From NCBI GenBank assembly GCA_000002445.1, contig AL929603.2, positions 576,001-640,000 on the forward strand: a DNA stretch of 64,000 bases, read 5' to 3'. The position numbers and the translations under genes were made by a program. Positions 24,829 through 36,059 of the stretch are shown here, piece after piece (position 1 is the stretch's first letter; the number at the start of each line of letters is the position of its first letter). Source of the stretch: Trypanosoma brucei (lineage: Eukaryota). The notes beneath the pieces are model-generated. The model did not search any database. It was not told the origin of the DNA and was given only the letters and a program-made list of their open reading frames with translations.

Positions 24829-26010
24829 GAAGGTACAGAAATGCGTAATTGAGTGAGTGAGTATGAATATGAGTAGGTGTGTGTGTGTGTATGTATGTAT
24901 GCGTGAGGGTCAGGGTTGAGACAAATATTCAGATTAGAGAAAGAAAGAAAGAGAGAGAGAGCACTGCAAAGCATGCATGCATGTATATGTATATATGTGT
25001 GTATGTTTATGTGCATGACCTTCTTTCTCTTTCCCCTTCTCCTCTCTGTTGCTCTCCTCTACGTTCCACTTGCATGCATAGCACATACTTCCTTCTTGTA
25101 ACTGCTCCCTTTCTCTCATTACACTGTGTAGCCTTTACTTTCTTTCCCCTCTTCCCCTCACTACAAAGACACTGTGTGTCCGACCCTCCTAACTTGCTCC
25201 TGCTCACAGCGGTTTCCAGTCGCATTAGCCATCGTCACACGGTACCACACAATGATGCCTTGTGATTTGTTTTGCCTTTTGCTACTATTCATCGGAGGCC
25301 GTGCGTGGCGTGCGCGGATTGTTGTGCAGGTGTACCTGCCGGCGTGTCCCCGCTGCGCGGTTGGGGAAGAGACAAGTTTAGGGGGCTGTTGTGACACAGT
25401 TAGATTTTCCACGTCACCTCCAGCGGTGCGGATGCCTCCACTTCAGGTGTGGTTCCCCATTCCCCCGTATATCTTTCTTTCTTTCTTTTCGTCTGCTCAT
25501 TCCACTCTGGGTGCAATATCCGGGAGTGTGGAATAAGAGTTGAGATTGGGGTTAAGATGAGGGTAAAGGGGAGTGGAGGGGCGACGTGGGAGAGACGGAT
25601 GGCCAGATGGAAAGGGAAAGAAAGGTGTGAAAGTGTGGAGGTAACGAGATATTGGGTGAGGGTGACTGATAGAGGACAGCATCTGTGAATGTGTGGTTAC
25701 TCTTCTCCCCTTTATCCCTAGCCTCTTCCACTTTCCAACTTCCCTCCTCTGCCTCCTCTCACCCTTTTGTTTTTGTATTTCCCTTTTATTTTACATTTTC
25801 ACCCCACCATCAGCATCCTTTCACTGGCTTTGTACCACCGCTTCCTTCTTAGTAGCGGTTCTTTTGCACAACCGCATGCACACATACATCCCTTTGAATG
25901 TCATACCTCCCTCCTCTCTCTTTCTCTTTTTTTTTTCTGTTACATCTCATACTAGAAAGCTAAAAAGCTACTTTACCACAACTCTCAAACCAAGCAACAA
26001 ACTAAAAGAC

Positions 26011-26412
26011 ATGTCGAGGACCAAGGAAACCGCCAGGACGAAGAAGACCATCACCTCCAAGAAGAGCAAGAAGGCCTCAAAGGGTTCTGATGCCGCATCT
26101 GGCGTAAAGACCGCCCAACGCCGCTGGAGGCCCGGCACCGTGGCACTCCGTGAAATCCGCCAGTTCCAACGCTCCACCGACCTGCTGCTACAAAAGGCAC
26201 CATTTCAACGCCTGGTCCGTGAGGTGTCTGGTGCCCAAAAGGAGGGTCTGCGCTTCCAGAGTAGCGCTATTCTCGCCGCACAGGAAGCGACTGAGTCGTA
26301 CATTGTGTCGCTGCTTGCCGATACCAACCGCGCATGCATTCACAGTGGGCGTGTGACAATCCAACCAAAGGACATTCACCTTGCCCTCTGCCTACGCGGT
26401 GAACGTGCATAA
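26011..26412 (+). CDS. H3: histone H3 (133 aa), copy 7
   Basis: The protein is identical to copy 1. Confidence 0.95.
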   Translation: MSRTKETARTKKTITSKKSKKASKGSDAASGVKTAQRRWRPGTVALREIRQFQRSTDLLLQKAPFQRLVREVSGAQKEGLRFQSSAILAAQEATESYIVSLLADTNRACIHSGRVTIQPKDIHLALCLRGERA

Positions 26413-27481
26413 GAAGGTACAGAAATGCGTAATTGAGTGAGTGAGTATGAATATGAGTAGGTGTGTGTGTATGTATGTATGTATGCGTGAGGGTCAGGGT
26501 TGAGACAAATATTCAGATTAGAGAAAGAAAGAAAGAAAGAGAGAGCACTGCAAAGCATGCATGCATGTATATGTATATATATGTGTATGTTTATGTGCAT
26601 GACCTTCTTTCTCTTTCCCCTTCTCCTCTCTGTTGCTCTCCTCTACGTTCCACTTGCATGCATAACACATACTTCCTTCTTGTAACTGCTCCCTTTCTCT
26701 CATTACACTGTGTAGCCTTTACTTTCTTTCCCCTCTTCCCCTCACTACAAAGACACTGTGTGTCCGACCCTCCTAACTTGCTCCTACTCACAGCGGTTTC
26801 CAGTCGCATTAGCCATCGTCACACGGTACCACACAATGATGCCTTGTGATTTGTTTTGCCTTTTGCTACTGTTCATCGGAGGCCGTGCGTGGCGTGCGCG
26901 GATTGTTGTGCAGGTGTACCTGCCGGCGTGTCCCCGCTGCGCGGTTGGGGAAGAGACAAGTTTAGGGGGCTGTTGTGACACAGTTAGATTTTCCACGTCA
27001 CCTCCAGCGGTGCGGATGCCTCCACTTCAGGTGTGGTTCCCCATTCCCCCGTATATCTTTCTTTCTTTCTTTTCGTCTGCTCATTCCACTCTGGGTGCAA
27101 TATCCGGGAGTGTGGAATAAGAGTTGAGATTGGGGTTAAGATGAGGGTAAAGGGGAGTGGAGGGGCGACGTGGGAGAGACGGATGGCCAGATGGAAAGGG
27201 AAAGAAAGGTGTGAAAGTGTGGAGGTAACGAGATATTGGGTGAGGGTGACTGATAGAGGACAGCATCTGTGAATGTGTGGTTACTCTTCTCCCCTTTATC
27301 CCTAGCCTCTTCCACTTTCCAACTTCCCTCCTCTGCCTCCTCTCACCCTTTTGTTTTTGTATTTCCCTTTTAATTTACACCTTTTTTTTATTTACACTTT
27401 TTGTATGATGTTTTTTTTTTTTTGCTGTTATCCCTTTTCTTTTTTTTTTGTATTGAAGTATTGATTTTTAGTGTCGTGAGT

Positions 27482-30430
27482 ATGGAGGCCAAAGCTGAGG
27501 GTTTTTGTAGTTTTCTTGTGGGGTTGAGTGGGGCTCCTGTGAATTCGAAGGAACTTAAATCAGCTTTGGAAAAGGGGGATATGAAGGCACGTGCGTCCGC
27601 TCTTGAGGCATTGATCCGGATGCATCTTAACGGCGAACCGCAAAATCATATGATCATGACTGTAATCAAGTTTATCACTCCGCTTGATGATCATTATATT
27701 AAGAAGCTTGTTTTATATTTCTGGGAAGTGGTAGACAAAACCGATGCGAGTGGTAAGCTGCTGAGTGAAATGATTCTTATTTGCTCGTTTCTGCGAGAGG
27801 ACCTGCTTCATCCCAATGAGTACATCCGGGGCCTTGCGTTGCGGTTCATGTGCAAAGTAAAGGAAAGGGAGCTGGTGGAACCGCTTGTGTCGTCGGTGGT
27901 GCAGAATTTAACGCACCGTGTTACATATGTGCGCAGAAATGCTGTTCTCGCCGTGCATAGGATCTTTAAGAGGTTCCCCGAGTTGCTCCCGGATGCAGCT
28001 GAGCTTGTCGAGAAGTTTATTAGCGAGGAAAACGACGTATCGGCCAGTAGGAACGCGTTTGAAATGTTGGTGGAATGTTCGCCCGATCGGGTTGTAAAGT
28101 TTTTGGCAGAGTTGCGGGAGTCAAAGAATTTGGAGAGTCTGGGAGCGACCTTGCAAATGTCCATTGTGGATTTTGCAGGGCACATGATACGGGCGAATCC
28201 TTATGACAAAGGGAGATATGTTACGGTACTCTTTAGCATACTTCAATCAAACAATCCAGCGGTGCGCTATCAGTGTGCCTCAACGCTTCTAAGCATCTCA
28301 ACTTCCCCAACAGCTATTCGCCAGGCGGCGTTAACGTTTATTGATTTGCTCAAGACGCACACTGATATCAGTGTGCGTCTGATTGTGGTGGATCAGCTCG
28401 ATGCAATGCGGGAGAGGTTCAGCAAGATTCTACAGGATTCTCTGCTAGACATTTTGAGCGTTCTGGCCAACGGCACGATGGAAATTCGAAAGCGGATAGT
28501 AACACTTGGAGTGGAGCTCGTCTCCAATCAAAACAGTGAGGTGTTCGTGCAGGCGATTAAGAAGGAACTTTACTGGGTTAAAAATGAGTGTGATGTTGAT
28601 GACAAAGAGTCTTTGCTCGAGTACAAGAAGTTATTGATACGCGCTACCCGCACAGCGGTGGCTCGGCGGCCGCACATGGCATCAGCAGTGATACCTTTGG
28701 TCCTGGAGTACCTGTATGAGGAAGATGACTCGGGGTTTGAAGTCGTTTCTCTCATTCGAGAAGTTCTGCAGTTACAACCTTCGCTACGTAGCGAAACATT
28801 GAGACAGCTCAGGCAGACGCTCCGTATGATTCGGTGCCCATCAGTAATTCGCACGGTGTTGTGGTTGCTCGGCACACATGTGACATCAGCAGACGACGCA
28901 TTGGAGGTTATCAGACTCCTCATCAATACTTTGGAACCATTACCCCTAGAGCCCACCGTTAAAGAACAGATGAAACAACAAGAGGACTTCGACAGTCACA
29001 AGGGGGGGCAACAGAAGCCCCGTATGCAGATGACCACGATCGTGCAGGAAGATGGCACGTACGTGATGTCGTCTGTACCCTCCAATAAAACTCAGGAAGA
29101 CGCGGAGGGTAATGATTCGAACTGTGGTCTGCGGGGGGTGCTTACGGGAGGAAAGTTTTTCATTGCGGCACCGCTTGCCAGTACGCTCTCTAAACTTATC
29201 ATTCGCCTGTTCAACCACCACAGCAGCGGTGTGGACGAGAGCACCATGAAGGAAGCGCAAAATAGCGCCATCATGCTGCTCAACGAAGTACTTCGTTTTT
29301 GCACGATGGATGGGGCGGCTGGTATGATTGATGATGCCACCCACGAGCAAATACGGCTCGCACTCCTTAACATTACTAATCCCCGATCGCCGCTTCTTGC
29401 GACTTTTGTAGAGGATTCTTCAAAGGCACTCGACTCACTGACGAATAAGGTGGGGTCCATTGCGGGCGGTGATGGGTTCGATTTTAACAAAAGAAACAAT
29501 GATAATGTTGTTGGTAGGACCTCGTTCGATGAGCAGCAAGTGGCGTTGTGCAGCGTGGACACACCTGTCATGTTCACACAAATCATGGAAGGAAAGGGAT
29601 CGCTGCTAGAGCTGGAAGCCGTGGACGACTTGGGGTCCGTCGTGGCAAACGCATCTATCGAAAAGACGGAAGAATTCCTTATAAAACTTGAGAAGACGGT
29701 CCCCTTGTCTGGTTTCTGTGATCCGTTATATTGTGAAGCCTCAGTCACGGTGCATCAGTTCGATATAACTGTGGACTGGTACATTGCAAACTGCACAGCA
29801 AACGTCTTGCGAGATGTCTCGATTGAGTTGACGCCACTTGGCAGCATGAAGCTTTGTGAAAGACCACAAGTCCACACCATACAGCCCCACGGTTCTGTTA
29901 GGATCCGCACGGCGCTCAAGGTGGGTAGCCCCGAGACCGGCGTCATATGCGCTAGTGTTTTGTATGAGGGTCCCCAGAACGAGCGGGGTTGTGTTGTTCT
30001 GAACAACGTCCGCGTCGACATTATGAACTATGTTAGACCTGCCAAATGCAGTGCATCAGAATTCCGGGACAAGTGGTGCAAGTACGACTGGGAAAATGCT
30101 GTTGCAATCAGAACAGAAAAAACAGATATGCGTGAGTACGTGGAGTATGTGATGCAAGGGACAAACACGCGGTTGTTGGAGCCCTATCCAGAGGAAGACG
30201 ACGAGGTGGTTTCTGCATTTGATGGGAAAGGTGACAATGGTCACCGCTACGTGTCTTGCAATATGTACGCCCGCACGCTATTCGGTGATGACGCTCTGCT
30301 GAATGTGTCCATTGAGCGTGACGCGGAGGGAAAACTTAGCGGAATGGTGCGAGTCCGTGCTAACAAGCGGCCTGTTGCCTACGGTTTTGGTGAGAAGCTC
30401 AATATACTGAATCGACGTATAGTGTCATAA
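27482..30430 (+). CDS. COPB: coatomer (COPI) beta subunit, about 983 aa
   Basis: The N-terminal adaptin-type region aligns closely with beta-COP (LEKGDMKARASALEALIRMHLNGE...KKLVLYFWEVV...YVRRNAVLAVHRIF...NAFEML). The ORF-track start at 27401 reads through a poly-pyrimidine tract, so Met-28 at nt 27482 (MEAKAEG) is the likelier start. Confidence 0.88.
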   Translation: MEAKAEGFCSFLVGLSGAPVNSKELKSALEKGDMKARASALEALIRMHLNGEPQNHMIMTVIKFITPLDDHYIKKLVLYFWEVVDKTDASGKLLSEMILICSFLREDLLHPNEYIRGLALRFMCKVKERELVEPLVSSVVQNLTHRVTYVRRNAVLAVHRIFKRFPELLPDAAELVEKFISEENDVSASRNAFEMLVECSPDRVVKFLAELRESKNLESLGATLQMSIVDFAGHMIRANPYDKGRYVTVLFSILQSNNPAVRYQCASTLLSISTSPTAIRQAALTFIDLLKTHTDISVRLIVVDQLDAMRERFSKILQDSLLDILSVLANGTMEIRKRIVTLGVELVSNQNSEVFVQAIKKELYWVKNECDVDDKESLLEYKKLLIRATRTAVARRPHMASAVIPLVLEYLYEEDDSGFEVVSLIREVLQLQPSLRSETLRQLRQTLRMIRCPSVIRTVLWLLGTHVTSADDALEVIRLLINTLEPLPLEPTVKEQMKQQEDFDSHKGGQQKPRMQMTTIVQEDGTYVMSSVPSNKTQEDAEGNDSNCGLRGVLTGGKFFIAAPLASTLSKLIIRLFNHHSSGVDESTMKEAQNSAIMLLNEVLRFCTMDGAAGMIDDATHEQIRLALLNITNPRSPLLATFVEDSSKALDSLTNKVGSIAGGDGFDFNKRNNDNVVGRTSFDEQQVALCSVDTPVMFTQIMEGKGSLLELEAVDDLGSVVANASIEKTEEFLIKLEKTVPLSGFCDPLYCEASVTVHQFDITVDWYIANCTANVLRDVSIELTPLGSMKLCERPQVHTIQPHGSVRIRTALKVGSPETGVICASVLYEGPQNERGCVVLNNVRVDIMNYVRPAKCSASEFRDKWCKYDWENAVAIRTEKTDMREYVEYVMQGTNTRLLEPYPEEDDEVVSAFDGKGDNGHRYVSCNMYARTLFGDDALLNVSIERDAEGKLSGMVRVRANKRPVAYGFGEKLNILNRRIVS

Positions 30431-31177
30431 CTCTCCTCTGCATGTTGGTCGTTGCTGTTACTGCTGTTCTATTTGTTCATTCCTCGCCCCGAACTGCAGG
30501 ACGCGGCGTTACCACAGCGGAATCCGTACAAGCGTGAATTATATAAAATGCGTTGCCCGAGTATATCACCCTGTCATATTGAGAATTGAGCGTGTGAGGT
30601 GCCGCAGCGGCCCCGGGTGTGAGTAACGAGGAAGGTGAGGGGAAAACATGAGGAAAAAAAAACGTAGAGATGAGACAGGGCAAATAAATGAATTAGAATA
30701 AGAGAAGAAACATACGTGTGTGAGTGTGGAGGGAAGCGATGGTGAAGGTAGCGACAAAAAAGGCAAAAATGAGACCTGAGACAAGGAGAGGAGTAGGGAT
30801 ACCGAGAGTTTCAATCCATTAAAAGTGCATCACGTAGTATGGAGCAATGAGGGAAAACGTGGAATGGAAAGGGAAGGGAAGGGGTCTGGGTAAAAAAAGG
30901 TAAGCATGCGCTCGTTTATTCCTCTTACCCCGTGTCATTTGGTGTCACCATCCCCTGATTTACAATCTCTTTTGTACATATATATATATGTGTATGTGTT
31001 CTGGTGCTCTAAAAGTTTCTTTTCCACACATCTAATGTCCTGAGAGGCAATGAAGGTCTAATGCATCCACCGTCTCCTGACCGTTCCCCTTTATTTGCCC
31101 GTTCATACGCTCGTTATTATTCACTTTTTTTCTATTGTGCTCGGTTAGCCATTTTGCCCTTTTCTTGCTCTGTGACC

Positions 31178-31182
<5 letters not shown>

Positions 31183-31212
<30 letters not shown>
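31183..31212. repeat. (TA)15 microsatellite
   Basis: A direct TA dinucleotide run. Confidence 0.95.
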
Positions 31213-31213
<1 letters not shown>

Positions 31214-31401
31214 CCGGTAGCGTAAGTCTGTGCAGCTCCCGTGGCGACTTTTCTGGTTTTCCTCTGCGGTTTCTCTTTACAGTTTTACATCCCTCTTTCC
31301 TTTCCTTATTTTTCCTTTTTGTGGGGGGGTTGTTGCATTATTATTATTATTATCATTTTGTGTGCATGTGTATTGAGCGTCGGCATAACCGTTAGCACAG
31401 A

Positions 31402-32595
31402 ATGCAGTTTGGCCCTGTTGTCAGTGAGGCGGAAATACGGACGGTGCAGGACGGCATTGCAAACGGTGTTCGCAGTGACGGCCGATCCCTTACGCAGCGC
31501 CGTCCCTTCACCGTTGTGACTAACCGCGGCTCAACCACACATTTTGAAGGCAGTAGTGTTGAGGTGCATTGCGATGGTACCACTGTTGTGGCCGCTGCAA
31601 CACCGTCAGTTGTGGAACTGGACATCGACCGCGGCCAGGCACCGCGTGGCTCATTGTTTGTCAACATCGATGCCGTTCCCGCTGTGGTGGAGCATTACGC
31701 GCAATCGGTGCGAAATAACAGCGCCCGCTACCGTCAAGCCTTCCTTTCCTTCTTAGCAACGGCCATCCGTCAAACGTTCGGGGCACAAGGCGTTACGGCT
31801 GAGGAGCGGCAGCAGCAACTGGGAATTGCGGAGGCGGAGATTATTGCTGATGAGGGAGATGATGAACAAAGGGAGGATGCCTTCGGGGGAAGAGGCGCAG
31901 CAGAGGAGAAGCCGGTGGAAGAGACTGCGGAACAACGGGTGGATTGTTGCGGATTTCCCGGTGAACAATTGTATATTGGAGGGGGATATGCTTTTCGTAT
32001 TGATGTGGACGCGCATGTACTGCAGGCTCATGGGGGGAGTTTGGCCTCCATCGTGGCGCTAGCGGTGCATGCTGCACTCAAAACTGTACGACTACCAAGT
32101 GTTACCCTTCACGAAGCCTCCGCCGGGTTTTCACTGGAAGTGAACTACAGTAAACCGTATGCCACAGCAGTAAATTGGAGTCGGCTACCGGTGTTGAGTG
32201 TTGTGCATGTGTCGCCCACGCGGCATTATGTGGTGGATCCAACGCGGTTGGAGGAGTTGGCGCTGCCGCAGCAGTTGCGTGTGGCAGTCAACAGCTTCGG
32301 GCAAGTGTTTCACATGCGATTTCAGCAGTTGCCTTCGCGCCGCGGGAATGCCATGCGACTTATTCGCAGTCCGCGGGAGGAAGCTGGAAAGGATAACAGT
32401 AACGATAATAGCGAGCGCGATGTTGATGGTGATGATGTGGACGACAGTAGTCGAAGAGGTTTTGATGCCGGTGTTAAGGGAACGGTGGGTGGGATGAATA
32501 TGCCCGACATGGCGGCAGTTCTGCACGCGGCTGTTCACATTTCACAGGCCGTCATTGCAGAGTGCGACGAGGCACTTGCGGGGAGTAGTGGGTAA
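31402..32595 (+). CDS. RNase PH-like exosome subunit (Rrp42/Rrp45 class), 397 aa
   Basis: The sequence follows the RNase PH pattern: R-x-DGR near the N-terminus (VRSDGRSLTQRRPF), a central DxxVLQAxGGS-like block (DAHVLQAHGGSLASIVALAVHAALK), and a later ...VVDPTRLEE... segment. Which specific subunit it is remains unresolved. Confidence 0.55.
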   Translation: MQFGPVVSEAEIRTVQDGIANGVRSDGRSLTQRRPFTVVTNRGSTTHFEGSSVEVHCDGTTVVAAATPSVVELDIDRGQAPRGSLFVNIDAVPAVVEHYAQSVRNNSARYRQAFLSFLATAIRQTFGAQGVTAEERQQQLGIAEAEIIADEGDDEQREDAFGGRGAAEEKPVEETAEQRVDCCGFPGEQLYIGGGYAFRIDVDAHVLQAHGGSLASIVALAVHAALKTVRLPSVTLHEASAGFSLEVNYSKPYATAVNWSRLPVLSVVHVSPTRHYVVDPTRLEELALPQQLRVAVNSFGQVFHMRFQQLPSRRGNAMRLIRSPREEAGKDNSNDNSERDVDGDDVDDSSRRGFDAGVKGTVGGMNMPDMAAVLHAAVHISQAVIAECDEALAGSSG

Positions 32596-33054
32596 AAGGA
32601 AAGTCGTACAAGATAGGCCGCAATGAAACAGGCACTCAATAGCAAAGACGGAAGGTGAAACACGCAGAATGAAGGACAATTTATGTGATGTGTCGCGGCT
32701 GTAAACTGAGCCTCCTGTATTTCTCTTGCATATTATAAGAATGTAAACGCAAAGGTTCCCGTCTCGTCTTTTGAGTCGCTTCGCCATCTATTTTTTCCCC
32801 TTGTTAAATGGTGATGTTGTGGTTTATGCACCGATTAACTTCTTTTCCCTCCGTAGTTTCACCGACTCTCCCATTTTATTTTATTTTATTGCGTCTCTTT
32901 CCCATCACTGGGTTTCCCTCGTTACTTCGACTGCGCCCCTTCCCCCCCCCCTCTTTCTTTTCTTTTTCCCCCTTGCTCATCATATAGATATCACGAAGGG
33001 TGGCTGATGTGTTAGTTCCGCAGCGCCGCATTCGGTTTCATTACATCCTTTAGG

Positions 33055-33056
<2 letters not shown>

Positions 33057-33133
<77 letters not shown>
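33057..33133. repeat. (GT)n microsatellite, about 38 perfect repeats
   Basis: A direct GT dinucleotide run with no interruptions. Confidence 0.98.
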
Positions 33134-33134
<1 letters not shown>

Positions 33135-34029
33135 ATGGAAGGAGAGAAGGTGTCTTTGCTTCATATTAGAATCGATTTAGGCCCTTTAGTTGTGTGGGTG
33201 AACGGACAGAAAAGGCGGAGTGATAATATAAGAAGTAATATGCTTCAAAAATGGAAAAAAAAGCAGGGAAGCGGGAATTGAGTTGGAATCTGATCGGCAG
33301 AAAAACAGTATTCGTCCAACAATATCGAACGCTCATCAGCGTATTTACTTGTTTTGATGGAAGTTTTATTTGACTCTACACATGTAAGCGTACATGATCC
33401 TGAACGCTGTACTCTTGCATTTATGTGGCACCATTCATACGCTCCGTTTTTCTTAACCTTTTTTCTTGGTTTATTTAGCCCTAGAGTAGAAAGAGTAAAG
33501 TAAATTAAACTAAAGAAAAAGAAATATAAGACTAACTCACGCAATCCATCACCTTGTAACATTTCAACAACGGACGCATCCAGAAGGGAAGCGCAAAGAG
33601 TTAATATAAAGAAAGAGATAAGCAAAGGGAAAAGTATATATATATATATACGGAGTGAACTTGTGATAAGCATTACAATCGAAGGGGATTTAAACCCCCG
33701 AAGTGAAAAGGAAGAAAACAAATAAGGCGAAGACAACAAAGGAAGATAGCATTAGAGAAGATTAGAAGAAGGAAAAGCAAAGCAAAGCAAAAGCGTGGGG
33801 AAAGGGTAGAAGTAAAGGAAGAAAGGAAGTTAGTTTAGAAGAGGAAGGAAAGGGTGCGTAGAAAACGCACTTCATATACCTTCACGTGTAGCTCTATCTA
33901 CTTGGATATAAACTTACATTGCCGCTGGCTATCTCCCACGGTGGCATTTAAAAGAAAACAAAAAAGAAAACAAACGCAACGCAACACGACGCAAGTGACA
34001 CTACTAGTCAGCCTCCGTCACCAGTCATT

Positions 34030-36033
34030 ATGGAAGTACGCGATGTGAATACACATGGCGGAGGCCATACGGCAGGTGGAAGGCCTGCCATCATAAAGCG
34101 GGACGAGCAGTCCAGGGCCATTCCCTCTTCATCCACCGTAACTAACGAGCCCGCGACGCGCGTCAAGCCGGAGCGGCAGTCAAATGCCACGCAAACGGAG
34201 GCGGACATGTATGTGCCAAGTGTTTACCATGATGTGAACAATACAGTGGAACTGCAACGACCTGCAAGCGCTCCACCATTGAGTTACGCGGAGTGCCCGT
34301 GTGCGGCGTGTGCTCAACAACTCTCTTCCTACCCCGCAGCAGCTCCGATGCGGAGGCCCCCGACGAGCCCCTACGGAACAATCACCACGCAACAATATAA
34401 CACATATGCTGCGCCTCAAACACCACTGCAGTCGCACCAAAGTAGAAACCTATCTGTGCATCCGCAACAACGGACAACTGCTGCGGCAACGGCAACAGCA
34501 ACAGCGCCCCCGGTGCCGACCCTCTCGCGACCCGCCCCATCAACAAGCGGCGACTATGGTCATTACCAGCAGGAGCCGCATTACCCACCACAGCAGAAGG
34601 AACAACCGCAACAACATCAATATCCGCGCCATAATGTCATTCAGCATCAGCCCTATCAGCTGTACGCGCAACCGCGCCCCTCACAACAGCCACCCCCGAG
34701 CCAAGCGCCGATATATAGTAAAGCAGTGACGGCTCCAACGGCACTTGATGTCCATCCCCTCATTGATACCACCAGCGAGTTTCTTCGTAAATGTGCTGGG
34801 CGTGTGGTGGAACTGGCCTGCACGCCGGACGGTCGCTCGATGTTGATTAACGCCTTGTCCTCGCAGGATGCCGCTTTAGTGGATACCATGGTGAGGGAAA
34901 TCGCTGATGACTTGGAAAGGGTAGCACTTGATGTGCATGGCTGCCACGTGCTTCGTGCGCTGCAGAGCTACGCGAGCGCTGAGCACACGAGAATTCTTGT
35001 TTCATGCTTCACGGAGACACTAGTGCTGAACCTCTGTACGGCGACGCAGCACACCCGACACATCCTTGAGTCTCTTTTTCAGCGTCGGTTAATTGACCTC
35101 CAACCGATTATTGATGTGCTCGCCTCGCACTCGCGGTACCTTGCCGCCACGCAGCAGGGATGCATCTCTTTCATGCACATATTGGAATTCTGCAACGAAG
35201 CCCAAAAGAAGCAACTAATTTCCCCATTGGTACCGTACTTCGCCCATGTTGCCTTGGATCCGTTTGGAAACTACGTCGTGCAACGTATCATTCAGAGTAT
35301 TGGCCTTGACGCGTCGGAATACATTACATCGTGCTTCGCTGGGGAGCTGCTTAATATGAGCTGCAACAAGTTTGGCAGTAATGTCGTAGAAGAAACTATA
35401 AAGGTTTGTGGTGGGGTCCCGGCTGTACGAAGGCTCCTGATGGAAGAGCTGATCAGTAAGCCCGGTGCCTTGCAGCGTCTCGTGCAGGACAGTTTCGGGA
35501 ACTTTGTGGTGCAAACCTTCATTGGGAGTATCACCGACCAAAATGAATTGAAGTACGTCAACGAACGCCTTCGTCCGGTATTGCAGAACAGTCCGTACGC
35601 CGCCCGCATTGAGACGAGACTTCGCACTGCCCTTACAGCTGCATCCAAGAGAAACAGCCAGGCAAGTGCTCACTGTCAGCAACGCCAACCTCATCCCAAT
35701 CGCTGCTCGCAACATTATCCCACACACCCCGGTACGCCAACTCAATTGGCAGCCGATGCACCGCCGTGTTTTGCCCCTCCCTCATCATCATTTGCTCATG
35801 TTGCCACAACTGCCGCCTCCCATCATCAGCCGCGGCAACAGCCACAACAACAGCAGCAGCAGCAGCAGCAATTCATGAGCCCTCGCTATCAACCCCCACC
35901 ATGCAACAAAGCGGCCTTTCCGCAGCGTCAGCAAAATAGGCGGCAGAGCCATTCTCAACCGAGGCGACAGCCACAACAACAACATCATCATCAGCATCAG
36001 CAACAGGTTGATTGTGATGACGGAGAATGTTAG
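34030..36033 (+). CDS. PUF9: Pumilio/PUF-family RNA-binding protein (667 aa), probably PUF9 by synteny
   Basis: It contains several Pumilio repeat signatures (FGNYVVQRIIQ, KFGSNVVEETI, SFGNFVVQTFI, HGCHVLRALQ). The N- and C-termini are Q/P-rich and low-complexity. The PUF9 name rests only on the recalled chromosome-1 gene order (coatomer beta ... PUF9 ... PF16). The family call is firm; the paralogue number is an inference. Confidence 0.8.
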   Translation: MEVRDVNTHGGGHTAGGRPAIIKRDEQSRAIPSSSTVTNEPATRVKPERQSNATQTEADMYVPSVYHDVNNTVELQRPASAPPLSYAECPCAACAQQLSSYPAAAPMRRPPTSPYGTITTQQYNTYAAPQTPLQSHQSRNLSVHPQQRTTAAATATATAPPVPTLSRPAPSTSGDYGHYQQEPHYPPQQKEQPQQHQYPRHNVIQHQPYQLYAQPRPSQQPPPSQAPIYSKAVTAPTALDVHPLIDTTSEFLRKCAGRVVELACTPDGRSMLINALSSQDAALVDTMVREIADDLERVALDVHGCHVLRALQSYASAEHTRILVSCFTETLVLNLCTATQHTRHILESLFQRRLIDLQPIIDVLASHSRYLAATQQGCISFMHILEFCNEAQKKQLISPLVPYFAHVALDPFGNYVVQRIIQSIGLDASEYITSCFAGELLNMSCNKFGSNVVEETIKVCGGVPAVRRLLMEELISKPGALQRLVQDSFGNFVVQTFIGSITDQNELKYVNERLRPVLQNSPYAARIETRLRTALTAASKRNSQASAHCQQRQPHPNRCSQHYPTHPGTPTQLAADAPPCFAPPSSSFAHVATTAASHHQPRQQPQQQQQQQQQFMSPRYQPPPCNKAAFPQRQQNRRQSHSQPRRQPQQQHHHQHQQQVDCDDGEC

Positions 36034-36059
36034 TGGAATCCGTTCCCACACCTTCACTC

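Larger units (their letters stand above)
16186..27378 (+). repeat. histone H3 tandem array: 7 units of 1583-1592 bp
   Basis: H3 start codons fall at 16496, 18079, 19663, 21255, 22841, 24427 and 26011. Unit homology begins near 16186 and decays near 27378. Confidence 0.93.

Noticed and set aside
16186-27378. A regular about-1.6-kb tandem repeat could superficially suggest a CRISPR-like or satellite array
   Set aside because: The repeat unit is a complete histone H3 gene with its spacer. This is a eukaryotic tandem gene array, not a CRISPR locus. The organism is a kinetoplastid, so I do not expect prokaryotic defence systems.
27401-27481. N-terminal extension of the coatomer-beta ORF (MYDVFFFLLLSLFFFFCIEVLIFSVVS)
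   Set aside because: It is a translation of a poly-T/pyrimidine tract. The conserved beta-COP N-terminus begins at the internal Met at 27482.
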